Assembly: GCA_046538485.1 (NCBI GenBank)
Contig: JBKHIT010000053.1
Location: 1-35,285, forward strand
Origin: Candidatus Brocadiia bacterium
Lineage (GTDB): Bacteria; Planctomycetota; Brocadiia; SM23-32
DNA length: 35,285 nt
Reading direction: 5' to 3'
Positions within the stretch are counted from its first letter, which is position 1; every line of letters begins with the position of its first letter. This document shows positions 1-9,400 of this stretch, piece after piece. Made by a program: the position numbers and the translations under genes. The notes under the pieces were generated by a model. It was not told the origin of the DNA and did not search any database. It was given only the letters and a program-made list of their open reading frames with translations.

Positions 1-35
1 AGCAGGAACGGCCTTCATATTAACTACGTCTGCTC

Positions 36-405
36 CGGCCCTACGGGCCTTTTTTAGAACGGCAGTCGACACGCTAAACGCATACGCCCCTTCAGGGGCT
101 CGGGGTGCTGGTTGCTGGTTTCTGGCGTAACAAAATGGCAGCTTGACATTTTCCGCGCTCAGCCGCCCCGTCGGGGCGGGGATTGTCGTAATCCCACCAA
201 CCCCCCGACTCCCGTTGGTCGCCGGGGGCTACGCTCTCAGTCGCCCCTTTCAGGGGCTCTTTTCATCGCGGATGATAGCCCCGACGTGGATCGTTCAGCA
301 CTCCGAAAGAGTGCCTCAGAGTGTAGCCCCGTGCGAAGGCACCGTCAGCCGCCGGAGTTCGGGGTTCTGGGGGGAAAAATAGAACGCGCCCCGAAACGGT
401 GGCAC
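36..405. repeat. Cluster of short GC-rich palindromes (REP-like dyad)
   Basis: Hairpins include GGCCCTACGGGCC, GCCCCTTCAGGGGC (86-99), CCGCCCCGTCGGGGCGG and GCCCCTTTCAGGGGC. GGGGCTACGCTCTCAGTCGCCCCTTTCAGGGGCT (~225-258) is an imperfect inverted copy of AGCACTCCGAAAGAGTGCCTCAGAGTGTAGCCCC (~297-330). No credible ORF. Confidence 0.6.
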
Positions 406-471
406 TGACAAATTAAAAGCGGCGCTATCGCGCGCGGCGCTTTGCCGGCAGTCCTGTCATTGCAATGCGCC

Positions 472-823
472 ATGCGGCATCACGGATACGTGAGACCGGG
501 GTATGTTGTGGGAAGTTTCCAGAAGCCGGGCCGCGTTCTGAACTCCAGCCTGCGGCTGAAGTCCTGTCTAACCATGCGTGAAGTTGTGGTGGACTTTCAG
601 CCCACTATTTCTTCGCACATACCCGTACCCCAGGGCTCTGAGGACTTTCAGCCCTCTTCACCCCGGGCTGTTATCTGCAGCCCTTTCAGGGCATCAAAGG
701 GCAGGCGCTCGGCGATCACGCCCTACATGTATGCGGCATCACGGATACGTGAGACCGGGGTATGTTGTGGGAAGTTTCCAGAAGCCGGGGCGCGTTCTGA
801 ACTCCAGCCTGCGGCTGAAGTCC
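472..823 (+). repeat. 93-bp direct repeat (472-564 and 731-823)
   Basis: ATGCGGCATCACGGATACGTGAG...GGCTGAAGTCC occurs twice with one mismatch. A GCCCTTTCAGGGC-type palindrome lies between the copies. Confidence 0.9.
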
Positions 824-990
824 AGTCCGCTCATACGACCCATGAGCCTCGAGTTCAGCTGAGCCCGCCAGCCGCGGGCGAAACTGGACTTGAGGCGGAC
901 AATCGCCGGAAAATGCAAACCGGCTTGGAAATCCCAACAAATTGGGCCGCGTTCTGAACTCCAGCCTGCGGCTGAAGTCCAGTCCGCTCA
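532..990 (+). repeat. Dispersed repeat family with core CGCGTTCTGAACTCCAGCC, three copies here
   Basis: Identical 19-mer at 532-550, 791-809 and 948-966, each followed by TGCGGCTGAAGTCC. Two more copies lie on the minus strand at 19835-19853 and 20081-20099. Confidence 0.9.
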
Positions 991-1042
991 CGGTTCATGC
1001 AAACGCGGATGAGGTCCGGGTTCACGGTACCTCATCGTGCCC

Positions 1043-2764
1043 TCATTCGCGTTCGACGTAGACGTAGTAGGCGCCGCGTTCTTCGCCCTCCTGATCGATG
1101 AACCAGGCATCGAGGAACGTCTCTCCTGTCCGGTCCAGTTCCAGGCTCAAAACCACCTCATCCTCGCCTTCCGCCACCTCCACGACCTCTTCGCGGTCGA
1201 ACAGCGACAACCGGGCTTTGACGGGTTTGATGGCTATCGATTCGGTATCACCGGTGTAGGGAATCGATTCGGCTTCACCTTCGGGAGCCGGGGCGTCCAG
1301 CGGCAGACCCAGCTCATCCGGCCAGCGTGTGAGGCGGAACGTGTAGGTGCCGGGCTTCTCCACCAGAATTCGCCAGCGACCCGTGCTTTTTTGAGCTTTC
1401 AGGATATGGCCCTGATTCCAGGCAACGTCGCCCAGCACGTCCATCGAACACAACCGCGTGGGGTTTTCCTCGTCGGCTCCGATACTGATCGGACAGTACT
1501 GTTCGAGCAGGGGCGAAACGGTGTCCCACCACCCCTCATGCGCCGCGCGGAGTCGATCGACCACATCGGGATGCTGCTCACTCACATCCTCTTCCTGAGC
1601 GGGATCGTTTTTGATGTTGTAGAGTTCCTCGCCTCCCACCAGCCGCCAATCCCGGGTCATAACGGCATTGGTCCATTTCTCGGGCGGTTCGGTGTATTGC
1701 CGGTACTGGACGAAGATCTCGCGGTCGGGCAGATCCTGCGGTTCGCCATGCAGCAAAGGCGCCACGCTTACGCCGTCGAATTCCAGATTTTCCGGAGCGT
1801 CCAGATCGCACAGCTCGATGAATGTCGGCAGCATGTCCGTGTGCGTGATGAGCGGTTCGACATCTTCCGGTCCGTCGATGCCTCCGCCGGGCCAATTGAT
1901 GAAAAACGGCACGCGGTGTCCGCCTTCGTAGTATGAACCTTTCATGCCGCGCATTCCGGCGTTGTACCCCCGGCCCGTGCTCGGTTCGTACCCCCCTGAA
2001 GAACCGTTATCCGTCATGAAAATTAGTATTGTATTTTCGGTCAGCCCGAGTTCCTCCAGTTTCTTCTGCAGTCGACTGAAATTCTCATCGATGTTGGTGA
2101 TCATCCCGTAGAACTCGGGTTCCGGGATGTCATCGTTACCCCGGTATTGTTCGGCGTATTTGTCAGCGACGAGGTACGGGGAATGCGGGGCGTTTGTGGC
2201 GAGGTAGCAGAAAAACGGCTCGTTCTGGTTTTCTTCGATAAAATTCATGGCCGCGTCGAACCAGACGTCCGTGCAGTAACCATCCGTCGGGGTGGGATCG
2301 CCGTTGGCGAAATATGTATCGTCGAAATAATTGTTGCCCCAGAAATCCGGCGTCTGCCCCACCCCGCCGCCTTTGTGGGCAAAGACTTTCTGGAAACCCC
2401 GATCCTGCGGACGGTAAGGGTAGTTATCCCCGAGATGCCATTTCCCGAACATTCCGGTTCGGTACCCGTTATCGGCGAAGATATCGGCCATGGTGACTTC
2501 ATCTTTTCGGAGGATGGATCGGCCCCAACAGGTGGCCCAGGCACCGTTGCGGAGCGGATTATGCCCGCTCATAATAGCCCCGCGTGTCGGCGTGCACAGC
2601 GGCGAGACGTGGAAATCCGTGCAGCGGGTGCTTTCGTCGTAGAAAGCGTCAATATTGGGGGTTGAAATCCATGGGTTGCCCGTGCAACCGAGGTCCCCGT
2701 AGCCCTGATCATCCGTAATAACAAGAACGAGATTCGGACGTTGTGCAGCATCGTGCTGAGCCAT
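1043..2764 (-). CDS. Arylsulfatase (S1 formylglycine-dependent sulfatase), no signal peptide
   Basis: 573 aa with N-terminal PNLVLVITDDQG, FGly motif CTPTR, GKWHLG, FMTDNG and KGSYYEGGHRVP; C-terminal beta-rich extension. Confidence 0.93.
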   Translation of the reverse strand: MAQHDAAQRPNLVLVITDDQGYGDLGCTGNPWISTPNIDAFYDESTRCTDFHVSPLCTPTRGAIMSGHNPLRNGAWATCWGRSILRKDEVTMADIFADNGYRTGMFGKWHLGDNYPYRPQDRGFQKVFAHKGGGVGQTPDFWGNNYFDDTYFANGDPTPTDGYCTDVWFDAAMNFIEENQNEPFFCYLATNAPHSPYLVADKYAEQYRGNDDIPEPEFYGMITNIDENFSRLQKKLEELGLTENTILIFMTDNGSSGGYEPSTGRGYNAGMRGMKGSYYEGGHRVPFFINWPGGGIDGPEDVEPLITHTDMLPTFIELCDLDAPENLEFDGVSVAPLLHGEPQDLPDREIFVQYRQYTEPPEKWTNAVMTRDWRLVGGEELYNIKNDPAQEEDVSEQHPDVVDRLRAAHEGWWDTVSPLLEQYCPISIGADEENPTRLCSMDVLGDVAWNQGHILKAQKSTGRWRILVEKPGTYTFRLTRWPDELGLPLDAPAPEGEAESIPYTGDTESIAIKPVKARLSLFDREEVVEVAEGEDEVVLSLELDRTGETFLDAWFIDQEGEERGAYYVYVERE

Positions 2765-2813
2765 TGTTACCTATCCATTTCTGAGTAAAAAACACATTCC
2801 GTCCTGTCACCGG

Positions 2814-2842
2814 ATATTAGCCGCGTCAACAATCGGAATCAA
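2814..2842 (-). promoter_or_regulatory. Possible sigma70 promoter for the sulfatase
   Basis: TTGATT-17 bp-TAATAT on the minus strand, about 50 bp upstream of the ATG at 2764. Confidence 0.3.
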
Positions 2843-2869
2843 ATGAGGCACTCCATTGCACGGACAAGT

Positions 2870-3979
2870 TCATCGTTGTTCAGACAATCTTTTTGCAACC
2901 CTGGCAGCCTCCGTTTCCTCCTTCCGGTGACCGGACAGATCTTCCGCTATCCGCGCGGTCCGCTCGAATTGTTCAACTGCAGCGCCAATATCGAGCGCAC
3001 ACGGCCGTTCACCTGCCCGTTCAACAAAATTCTCGCGGTAAATTTTATCCAACACCTCAGGTGGCAGGTGTAGTCCTCGAATGATTCCATCTTCCGGAGG
3101 CCCGAGTAAGAAATCAGCTTGCTCCGGCGAACGAAAGGTATCATCGCTCTCCAACCAGCGGAACATCATCCCGGCCCGAATACGCCCCTCTTCCACAGTC
3201 ACGTCACTCGCAATATCGGTCCCAAACACGATCCGATCCGCGTAATTTATGAAAAAGTCCCGCCCGGTTTCCGGATCCTCTGAAATATTGTAAAGCATCT
3301 CGATCCCCGGAGCGAGATCGAAACGCACCGTTGGGTGCTTATCCAGAAAGCATGACGCGCGTGGCAGATCAGCTGAAAGAAAATAGAAGTGTGCGAACGT
3401 CACACGCAATTGTGGGTGTCTCTGCAGAATCTCCTCCACTTCCCCATACAATTCCTCCTTCTGAACATCATCAGGGCTGTACCCCCAGCCACGTTCTTTC
3501 GCCCATTTCGGGATTCTATTCGGATCCCAGAATTCTTCCGGGTCGTTCACATGCCACACGACAGGAAGCTTGAGTTCTTCCACCTGTGCCCAGTATTCGC
3601 GGAAGTAATCATCCGTTACTGGAATGTCCACGCGCTGTCGGGAAGTCGGTTTACCTTCAATCATTTTGATCCCGTCACAGCCCATTTTCACGTTTGCTTC
3701 CACTTGTTCTGTCAGAGTTTGGCCCGGCACTTCGCCCCCGGAGAGCTGGCCCGCATGATTAAGCCCGGCGAAGACGAAAAAGCCGCCGGGATGACAGCTT
3801 TTCATATACACTGCGGCCGCCAATCCACTTCCGGCTTCGGGATCCTGGATGGCAACCAGCGCCATTTTGTCGATCCCGGCAGCCTTACGGATAGAGAGCA
3901 ACGATTGCTCAGTATCCAAACCGGCCATGTGAACGTGCGAATCCACAATCTCCTCTGTTTTGCTGCGCCATTGCTCCAT
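2870..3979 (-). CDS. Amidohydrolase family protein (Amidohydro_2-like TIM-barrel metallohydrolase)
   Basis: 369 aa with DSHVH metal motif, GIKM, PVVWHVND, FAHF and IVFGTD; GAGG RBS upstream. Confidence 0.85.
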   Translation of the reverse strand: MEQWRSKTEEIVDSHVHMAGLDTEQSLLSIRKAAGIDKMALVAIQDPEAGSGLAAAVYMKSCHPGGFFVFAGLNHAGQLSGGEVPGQTLTEQVEANVKMGCDGIKMIEGKPTSRQRVDIPVTDDYFREYWAQVEELKLPVVWHVNDPEEFWDPNRIPKWAKERGWGYSPDDVQKEELYGEVEEILQRHPQLRVTFAHFYFLSADLPRASCFLDKHPTVRFDLAPGIEMLYNISEDPETGRDFFINYADRIVFGTDIASDVTVEEGRIRAGMMFRWLESDDTFRSPEQADFLLGPPEDGIIRGLHLPPEVLDKIYRENFVERAGERPCALDIGAAVEQFERTARIAEDLSGHRKEETEAARVAKRLSEQR

Positions 3980-4276
3980 TGTTTTACCTCGCTTTTATTC
4001 CGAACCTGAGATTGCTATTCAAAGTACCTGTTTCATAGTTTCCGGTAAAGAAGAAAGACTCGTTCCTGATCACTGATTTTAAGTTGTCGAGTTTCCCGCG
4101 CCGTTTTTTCGCTCAATCTCAGTTCCTGGTTCCAAGAACCCGGCAACTTAAAACAGCCGATATCACCTCGAGCATATGAGCCAAGCTTGTCGCTCCAGTA
4201 TCGCATCACTTAGAATAACGATCAAAATGAAGTGTGCAAGAACCAGTCAGCGCCCTCTTATTTCTAATACAATCAG

Positions 4277-6370
4277 ATGAACAACGAAGCAATCACAGCG
4301 CTTGAGTTCCCCGCAATCCGCAAGATGCTTGTTGGGCAGACAACGACCGAACCCGGCAAGATGTTGGCGGAAGAGCTCCATCCGATGGAAAAGCGATCGG
4401 CGATCGAAGTGGCCCTTCAGCAGACTGCCGAAATGCGCGACGTAATGCAAACTGGTTTTGCCCCTTCGCTCGGTGGAATACCCGATATGCAGCCGCATAT
4501 TGAAAGGGCCGGAGCGGGCGGTGGGCCCCTCGAAGCCAGCACGCTTAACCAGATAGCTGAGCTCTGTGGGACGGCAACAAATCTTCGCAATTCACTTATC
4601 CGCCGCGGCAATTCCGCTCCCCAATTGAAGAAACTCGGGGCCCGAATTCCCGACCTCAAAGGCCTCGGCGAACATATCCAGGATGCCGTGACGTCGGCCG
4701 GTGAGGTCCGTAACGAGGCCAGCCCCCGCCTGGCGGAAATCAGGAAAAAGGTCCGCGGGTTGCGTCGGAGGATCGAAGACAGCATCGCAGCTCTCACCCA
4801 TGACTCTGATATCAGTCCACATCTTCAGTACCCCAATCCCAGTATTCACCGTGACCGCTATGTTCTGGCCGTAAATGCACAACACAAAAGCAGCGTCCCC
4901 GGTGTCGTCCACGGGACATCTGATAGTGGAGCCACCCTCTATATTGAACCCATGGCCACTCTCAAACTTGGGAACAAACTCAGCGAGGCTCAGGGGCTTG
5001 AAGAGGAAGAAGTTGACGCTATTCTGTGGGAGCTAACCCACGAGGTCGGCAAGAATGAAGGGGCTCTTTTGAAAGCGCAGGGTCTTGTCGCAGAAGTTGA
5101 CCTCATCATGGCAAAAGTTCGTCTGGCCGCAAAGTATCACATGTGCCAACCCAAAATCACCAGGAGTCAGGCCTGCGAACTGCGCCAGGCCCGCCATCCT
5201 ATCCTCTTGCGCCTCACAGGAAAATCTGACGAAAAACATTCTGAGCCCGATTTCGCGCAGGTCGTGCCACTGGACATCCATCTGGGCGACGATTTTCGTG
5301 TGATGATTATCACCGGTCCCAACACGGGCGGAAAAACAGTGGCCCTGAAAACCATGGGCCTGCTGACTCTCATGGCCCACGCCGGCATGTTCGTGCCCGC
5401 AGATCGTGCCGTTGTCCCCCTGTACGATGCCATCTACGCCGATATTGGCGACGAACAGAGTCTCGAACAAAGCCTCAGCACTTTTAGCTCCCATATGTCA
5501 CGTATTCTGAAAGTGCTCGAAGCCGCGACCAATAAGAGCCTTGTGCTTCTGGATGAACTTGGCGCGGGCACAGACCCCATCGAAGGGGGCGCACTCGGAC
5601 GCGCGATCCTCGACGAAATCTCGCAGCGTGGATGCGCAGCCGTGGTGGTCACTCACCTTGGACAACTCAAGACTTTCGCCGCCACTCGTCCGGAAGCCGC
5701 AAATGCTTCGATGGAATTTGATACCGAAACGCTCAGCCCGACTTACAATCTTATTATCGGCACCGCGGGCTGCTCCAACGCTCTGGAAATAGCCGATCGC
5801 CTGGGTATGCCCCGCCCGCTTCTCGAAAATGCACGGCAACATCTCGACGAAGTTTCGGATGATGAGTACGGAAATATGCTTGATCAGGTGCGACAGGCAA
5901 CGCGCGATTCCGAAGAACGTCGGAGGCGCGTCCAGTATCTCGAAACAAAAGCGCAAGAACTGAAACAAGAATACGAAGAAAGGCTGAAGCGTATAAAAGA
6001 AGAAGAACAGAGAACGGGAGCGGACTACGGTCTTAAACTCAAGGATCAACTTGAAGGGCTCGAAACGAAATGCCGCGAACTTTACGATGATGTCCGCTTC
6101 AGCCACAAAAAAATCGCCCGCAGTGTCCGCAACATTCGCGACGGTCTCCGAAATATCCTGGACCGAACGCAACGGTTGCTGGAAGGACGGGAAATCGAAC
6201 GCAGACTACAACCGGGTGATGAAGTCTATGTTGCGAAAATACACAAATGGGGCAAAATTGTACGGGTCGACGAAAATAAAGCACGCGCCACAGTCGACGC
6301 CGGGCGCAAAACCCTCAACGTGGCGCTTGAGGACCTCACGCCCTGGGGCGAAGAAATCGACAATAGTTAA
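4277..6370 (+). CDS. mutS2: MutS2 family ATPase lacking the C-terminal Smr domain
   Basis: 697 aa with LEFPAI N-terminus, HGTSDSGATLYIEP, Walker A GPNTGGKT, DIGDEQSLEQSLSTFSSHM, LLDELGAGTDP, a coiled coil and a terminal KOW-like segment (LQPGDEVYV...). Confidence 0.92.
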   Translation: MNNEAITALEFPAIRKMLVGQTTTEPGKMLAEELHPMEKRSAIEVALQQTAEMRDVMQTGFAPSLGGIPDMQPHIERAGAGGGPLEASTLNQIAELCGTATNLRNSLIRRGNSAPQLKKLGARIPDLKGLGEHIQDAVTSAGEVRNEASPRLAEIRKKVRGLRRRIEDSIAALTHDSDISPHLQYPNPSIHRDRYVLAVNAQHKSSVPGVVHGTSDSGATLYIEPMATLKLGNKLSEAQGLEEEEVDAILWELTHEVGKNEGALLKAQGLVAEVDLIMAKVRLAAKYHMCQPKITRSQACELRQARHPILLRLTGKSDEKHSEPDFAQVVPLDIHLGDDFRVMIITGPNTGGKTVALKTMGLLTLMAHAGMFVPADRAVVPLYDAIYADIGDEQSLEQSLSTFSSHMSRILKVLEAATNKSLVLLDELGAGTDPIEGGALGRAILDEISQRGCAAVVVTHLGQLKTFAATRPEAANASMEFDTETLSPTYNLIIGTAGCSNALEIADRLGMPRPLLENARQHLDEVSDDEYGNMLDQVRQATRDSEERRRRVQYLETKAQELKQEYEERLKRIKEEEQRTGADYGLKLKDQLEGLETKCRELYDDVRFSHKKIARSVRNIRDGLRNILDRTQRLLEGREIERRLQPGDEVYVAKIHKWGKIVRVDENKARATVDAGRKTLNVALEDLTPWGEEIDNS

Positions 6371-6410
6371 AAAGGATATTCCCCAGCATCAAACGGAATC
6401 GAGGGAGAAA

Positions 6411-9400
6411 ATGATCAGCACACGGAAAGACCGCATCCTCAGAATGAGTCGTCTGGTTTTTTTGCTTCTTGCCGGCATTTCTTGGGTTGCCACGGCCGCT
6501 GAAACTAAAAAAGCCGCTGAAATGTTTCCGGACGGTTTTCTGGATCAAAAAAAGGTCATTGAAGCGGCTAAAAAAGTCACGGGCCAGAAATACCCCAATG
6601 CCGAAGACGTCCTCGTCGACGACCATATACGGGTCCGATATTTCGAAGATGGCACTTCACGGATGTGGGACGACTGGTATGTCAAAATCCTCACCGAAAA
6701 AGGGCGTCGCGAACGTGCAACGCTGGAAATGCATTTCACAATCCCCTATTCCCTCCCCGAAGATATCCAGGTAAAAAAACTGGAAGTTATCAAGCCAGAC
6801 GGGCGTATTGTCAAAGTCGACGTCAAATCTCAGAGCCGCGTCATGATCGACCCATCGCAACGTGCTTCCAATATTTATAATCCGAATTCTAAAGTGCTTG
6901 TTGTCAACGTTGCCAGCCTCGAAGTCGGCGATCTTGTCCATTACTTCACCTACAAACGCGTCCGCCACCCGCGGGTTCGGAATGTATGGGCTGATATGCA
7001 AATCTTCGAATACACCAGCCCCATCAAGCATTACAGTTACGAAGTGATCGGGCCGTCGGAACGGCCTCTTCGTAATATCGCCCTCAAAGACCCTGTCGGC
7101 AAAACGGTCACTCACTCGACGCGCAAAGAAGGCGGACTCTTACACCACCGCTGGGAAGCTACTGACGTTCCCCGGATGTTCCGGGAACCCAACATGCCAT
7201 CTCTCCATCGGGTGGTCCAGAGGGTGCTCGTCAGCACAGCCCCGGATTGGGAAAGCATTTCAAAATGGTATTGGGAAATATCCAGCCCTCATTACGAAGT
7301 TACTCCCCGGATTAAGAAGAAGGTAAAGGCGCTAACAGACAACGCACCGACTCGGAAGGAGAAAATACGGGCCATTTTCAACTTTGTCAGCCAGCAGGTC
7401 CGATATCTCGGAATTACGAAAGAGGACACCGCTCCGGGCTACGAGCCGCACGATGTTTCAGATACGTTCGAGAACCTGGCCGGAGTCTGCCGGGATAAAG
7501 CCGCCCTTCTGGTGGTCATGCTCAGGGAGGCCGGATTCCAGGCATATCCCGTCCTGATCCATACGGGCCCCCGCAAAGACCCCGATGTGCCGCTCCCCTG
7601 GTTCAACCACGCCATTGCCTGCGTCCAAAAAGAGGACGGAGAAGGCTACCAGCTCATGGACCCCACCGACGAGACCACAAGGCGACTTTTGCCGGCCTAC
7701 CTGAACAACTGCAGCTACCTGGTGGCCCGCCCCGATGGTGAGGAGCTCCGGGTATCCCCCATCATCCCGGCCACCGAAAATTTGATGCATATCAGCACGG
7801 TGGGAAGTATTGACGCCGAGGGGAATCTCACGGCAACCAGCACACTCCGATTCGATGGGCAAAATGATAACGGATATCGAGGCTACTTTGCCCGGCTCAA
7901 ACCCGTGGAACGCCGCCGGTACTTCTCGTCGATTGTCAAACGGGTGGTCCCCGGCGCCAAACTCACCGGCTTTGAACTGTTCCCCCAGAAGATGCAGGAC
8001 ACTTCACGTCAACTCGAAGCCACCCTCAAATTGGAAGCGACAGAAGTCCCTATCAGCGATGAAGAATTCTCTCTCCTGCCAATACCTCTTTTCGGTACAA
8101 ATATAGGTTATGCCCACTTTATACTCAGGGGGGGAACTGGTCTTGAGACACGCAAATACCCGCTTAAAACAGATATAGCGTGCGGGGTCAACGAACGTCT
8201 TGAGATCACGCTCGATCCGGCTCTCGGATCCATGAAGTCACTCCCCACGTATCCCGAAATCGATCACGACACAATTGCGTGGAAAGCATCTCTTGACAAA
8301 AAAGATAACAAAATTATTGGAACCAGTCGGTTCCTGCTGAAAGCTGTTGAATTCACTCCAAAACAGTATGCAAATCTCAAAAACGTCCTTGGAACAATTG
8401 AATACAATCAGCGCAAGATGCCGGTTCTGCAACGCACCGCTAATGAAAGTCCTGAAGATGGCGCCGATGCCGTCGTGCTGGAGGAACGGGTTAGCTATCA
8501 CCTGAAAGATCAGCACAACTGGACCGAAACCCGGTCCGTTCGAAGAAAAATTTTGACCTATGCCGGCAAGAAGCACTATTCGGAGGTAAAACTACGTTAC
8601 AATGAAGCCTGGGAAACGCTCAAGCTAAAAAATGCCACCGTTACCACCCCGGACGGAACGGTTAAGAATATCCCGGAAAATCAGATCAACCGCATGGATG
8701 CCAGTTGGGTCGGGTCAGCTCCCCGGTTCCCAAAAACAAAAGTTCTTGTCGCAAGTCTGCCCGGCGTGAGCGTTGGATCAACAATAGAATATACAGTCGT
8801 CAAGAAAAATGAGGGGAAACCTTTCTTCTCAGCGCAGGAGTCTTTTCGAGATTTTGAACCCGTGCTCAAAAAATCTCTGGAGATCATTGCCCCCTCATCC
8901 ATGAAACTGAAAACTATGCAGACCGGGGAACGCATCAAATACGACGAATCCACGTTGTCGGGCCCTCACGTGCGCCGTCTCTGGCAGGTTAAAAATCTGG
9001 ACGCGATTAAACGCGAACGCTACCTGCCGCCTCTATTTACGCTCGGCCCAACGGTATTCGTCTCCACCGGGAGCTGGGAAAAACATGCCGAGTACGTGAC
9101 CGGGATTCTACACCAGCGTGCCCGGAAAATTCAGAAAACGGTTGCCAGGGCAAAAGAGCTCACCGCCGGCAAAAAAGCTCTCAGAGAAAAAGTAATCGCC
9201 ATCCGTGATTTTATCGCCAGGAACATTCGTCTCGCGGGACCGAAAATTCACGAAGCTCCTCTGGCTGTACTGGCCACGCCTGATAAGACTCTCGCTGACG
9301 GTTACGGCAGTTCCGCTGAACGGGCCGTGGTATTCTATGTCATGTTGCGTCAGATTGGTTTGAAGCCCCAATTTGTCCTTGTTTCTCAGGCTCCACGTGC

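Noticed and set aside
818..891. Pseudoknot AAGTCCAGT/ACTGGACTT in the repeat unit
   Set aside because: The pairing is not preserved in the 19991-20100 copy, which reads AAGGCACGT.
472..990. CRISPR array
   Set aside because: Intervals are 157-259 bp, the spacers share sequence, there are only three copies, and no cas genes are present.
112..991. ORFs in the left repeat region
   Set aside because: They are translations of palindromic or repeated DNA with no recognisable protein features.
6051..6410. N-terminal extension of the 1423-aa ORF
   Set aside because: It overlaps mutS2; the RBS and signal peptide point to a start at 6411 or 6444.
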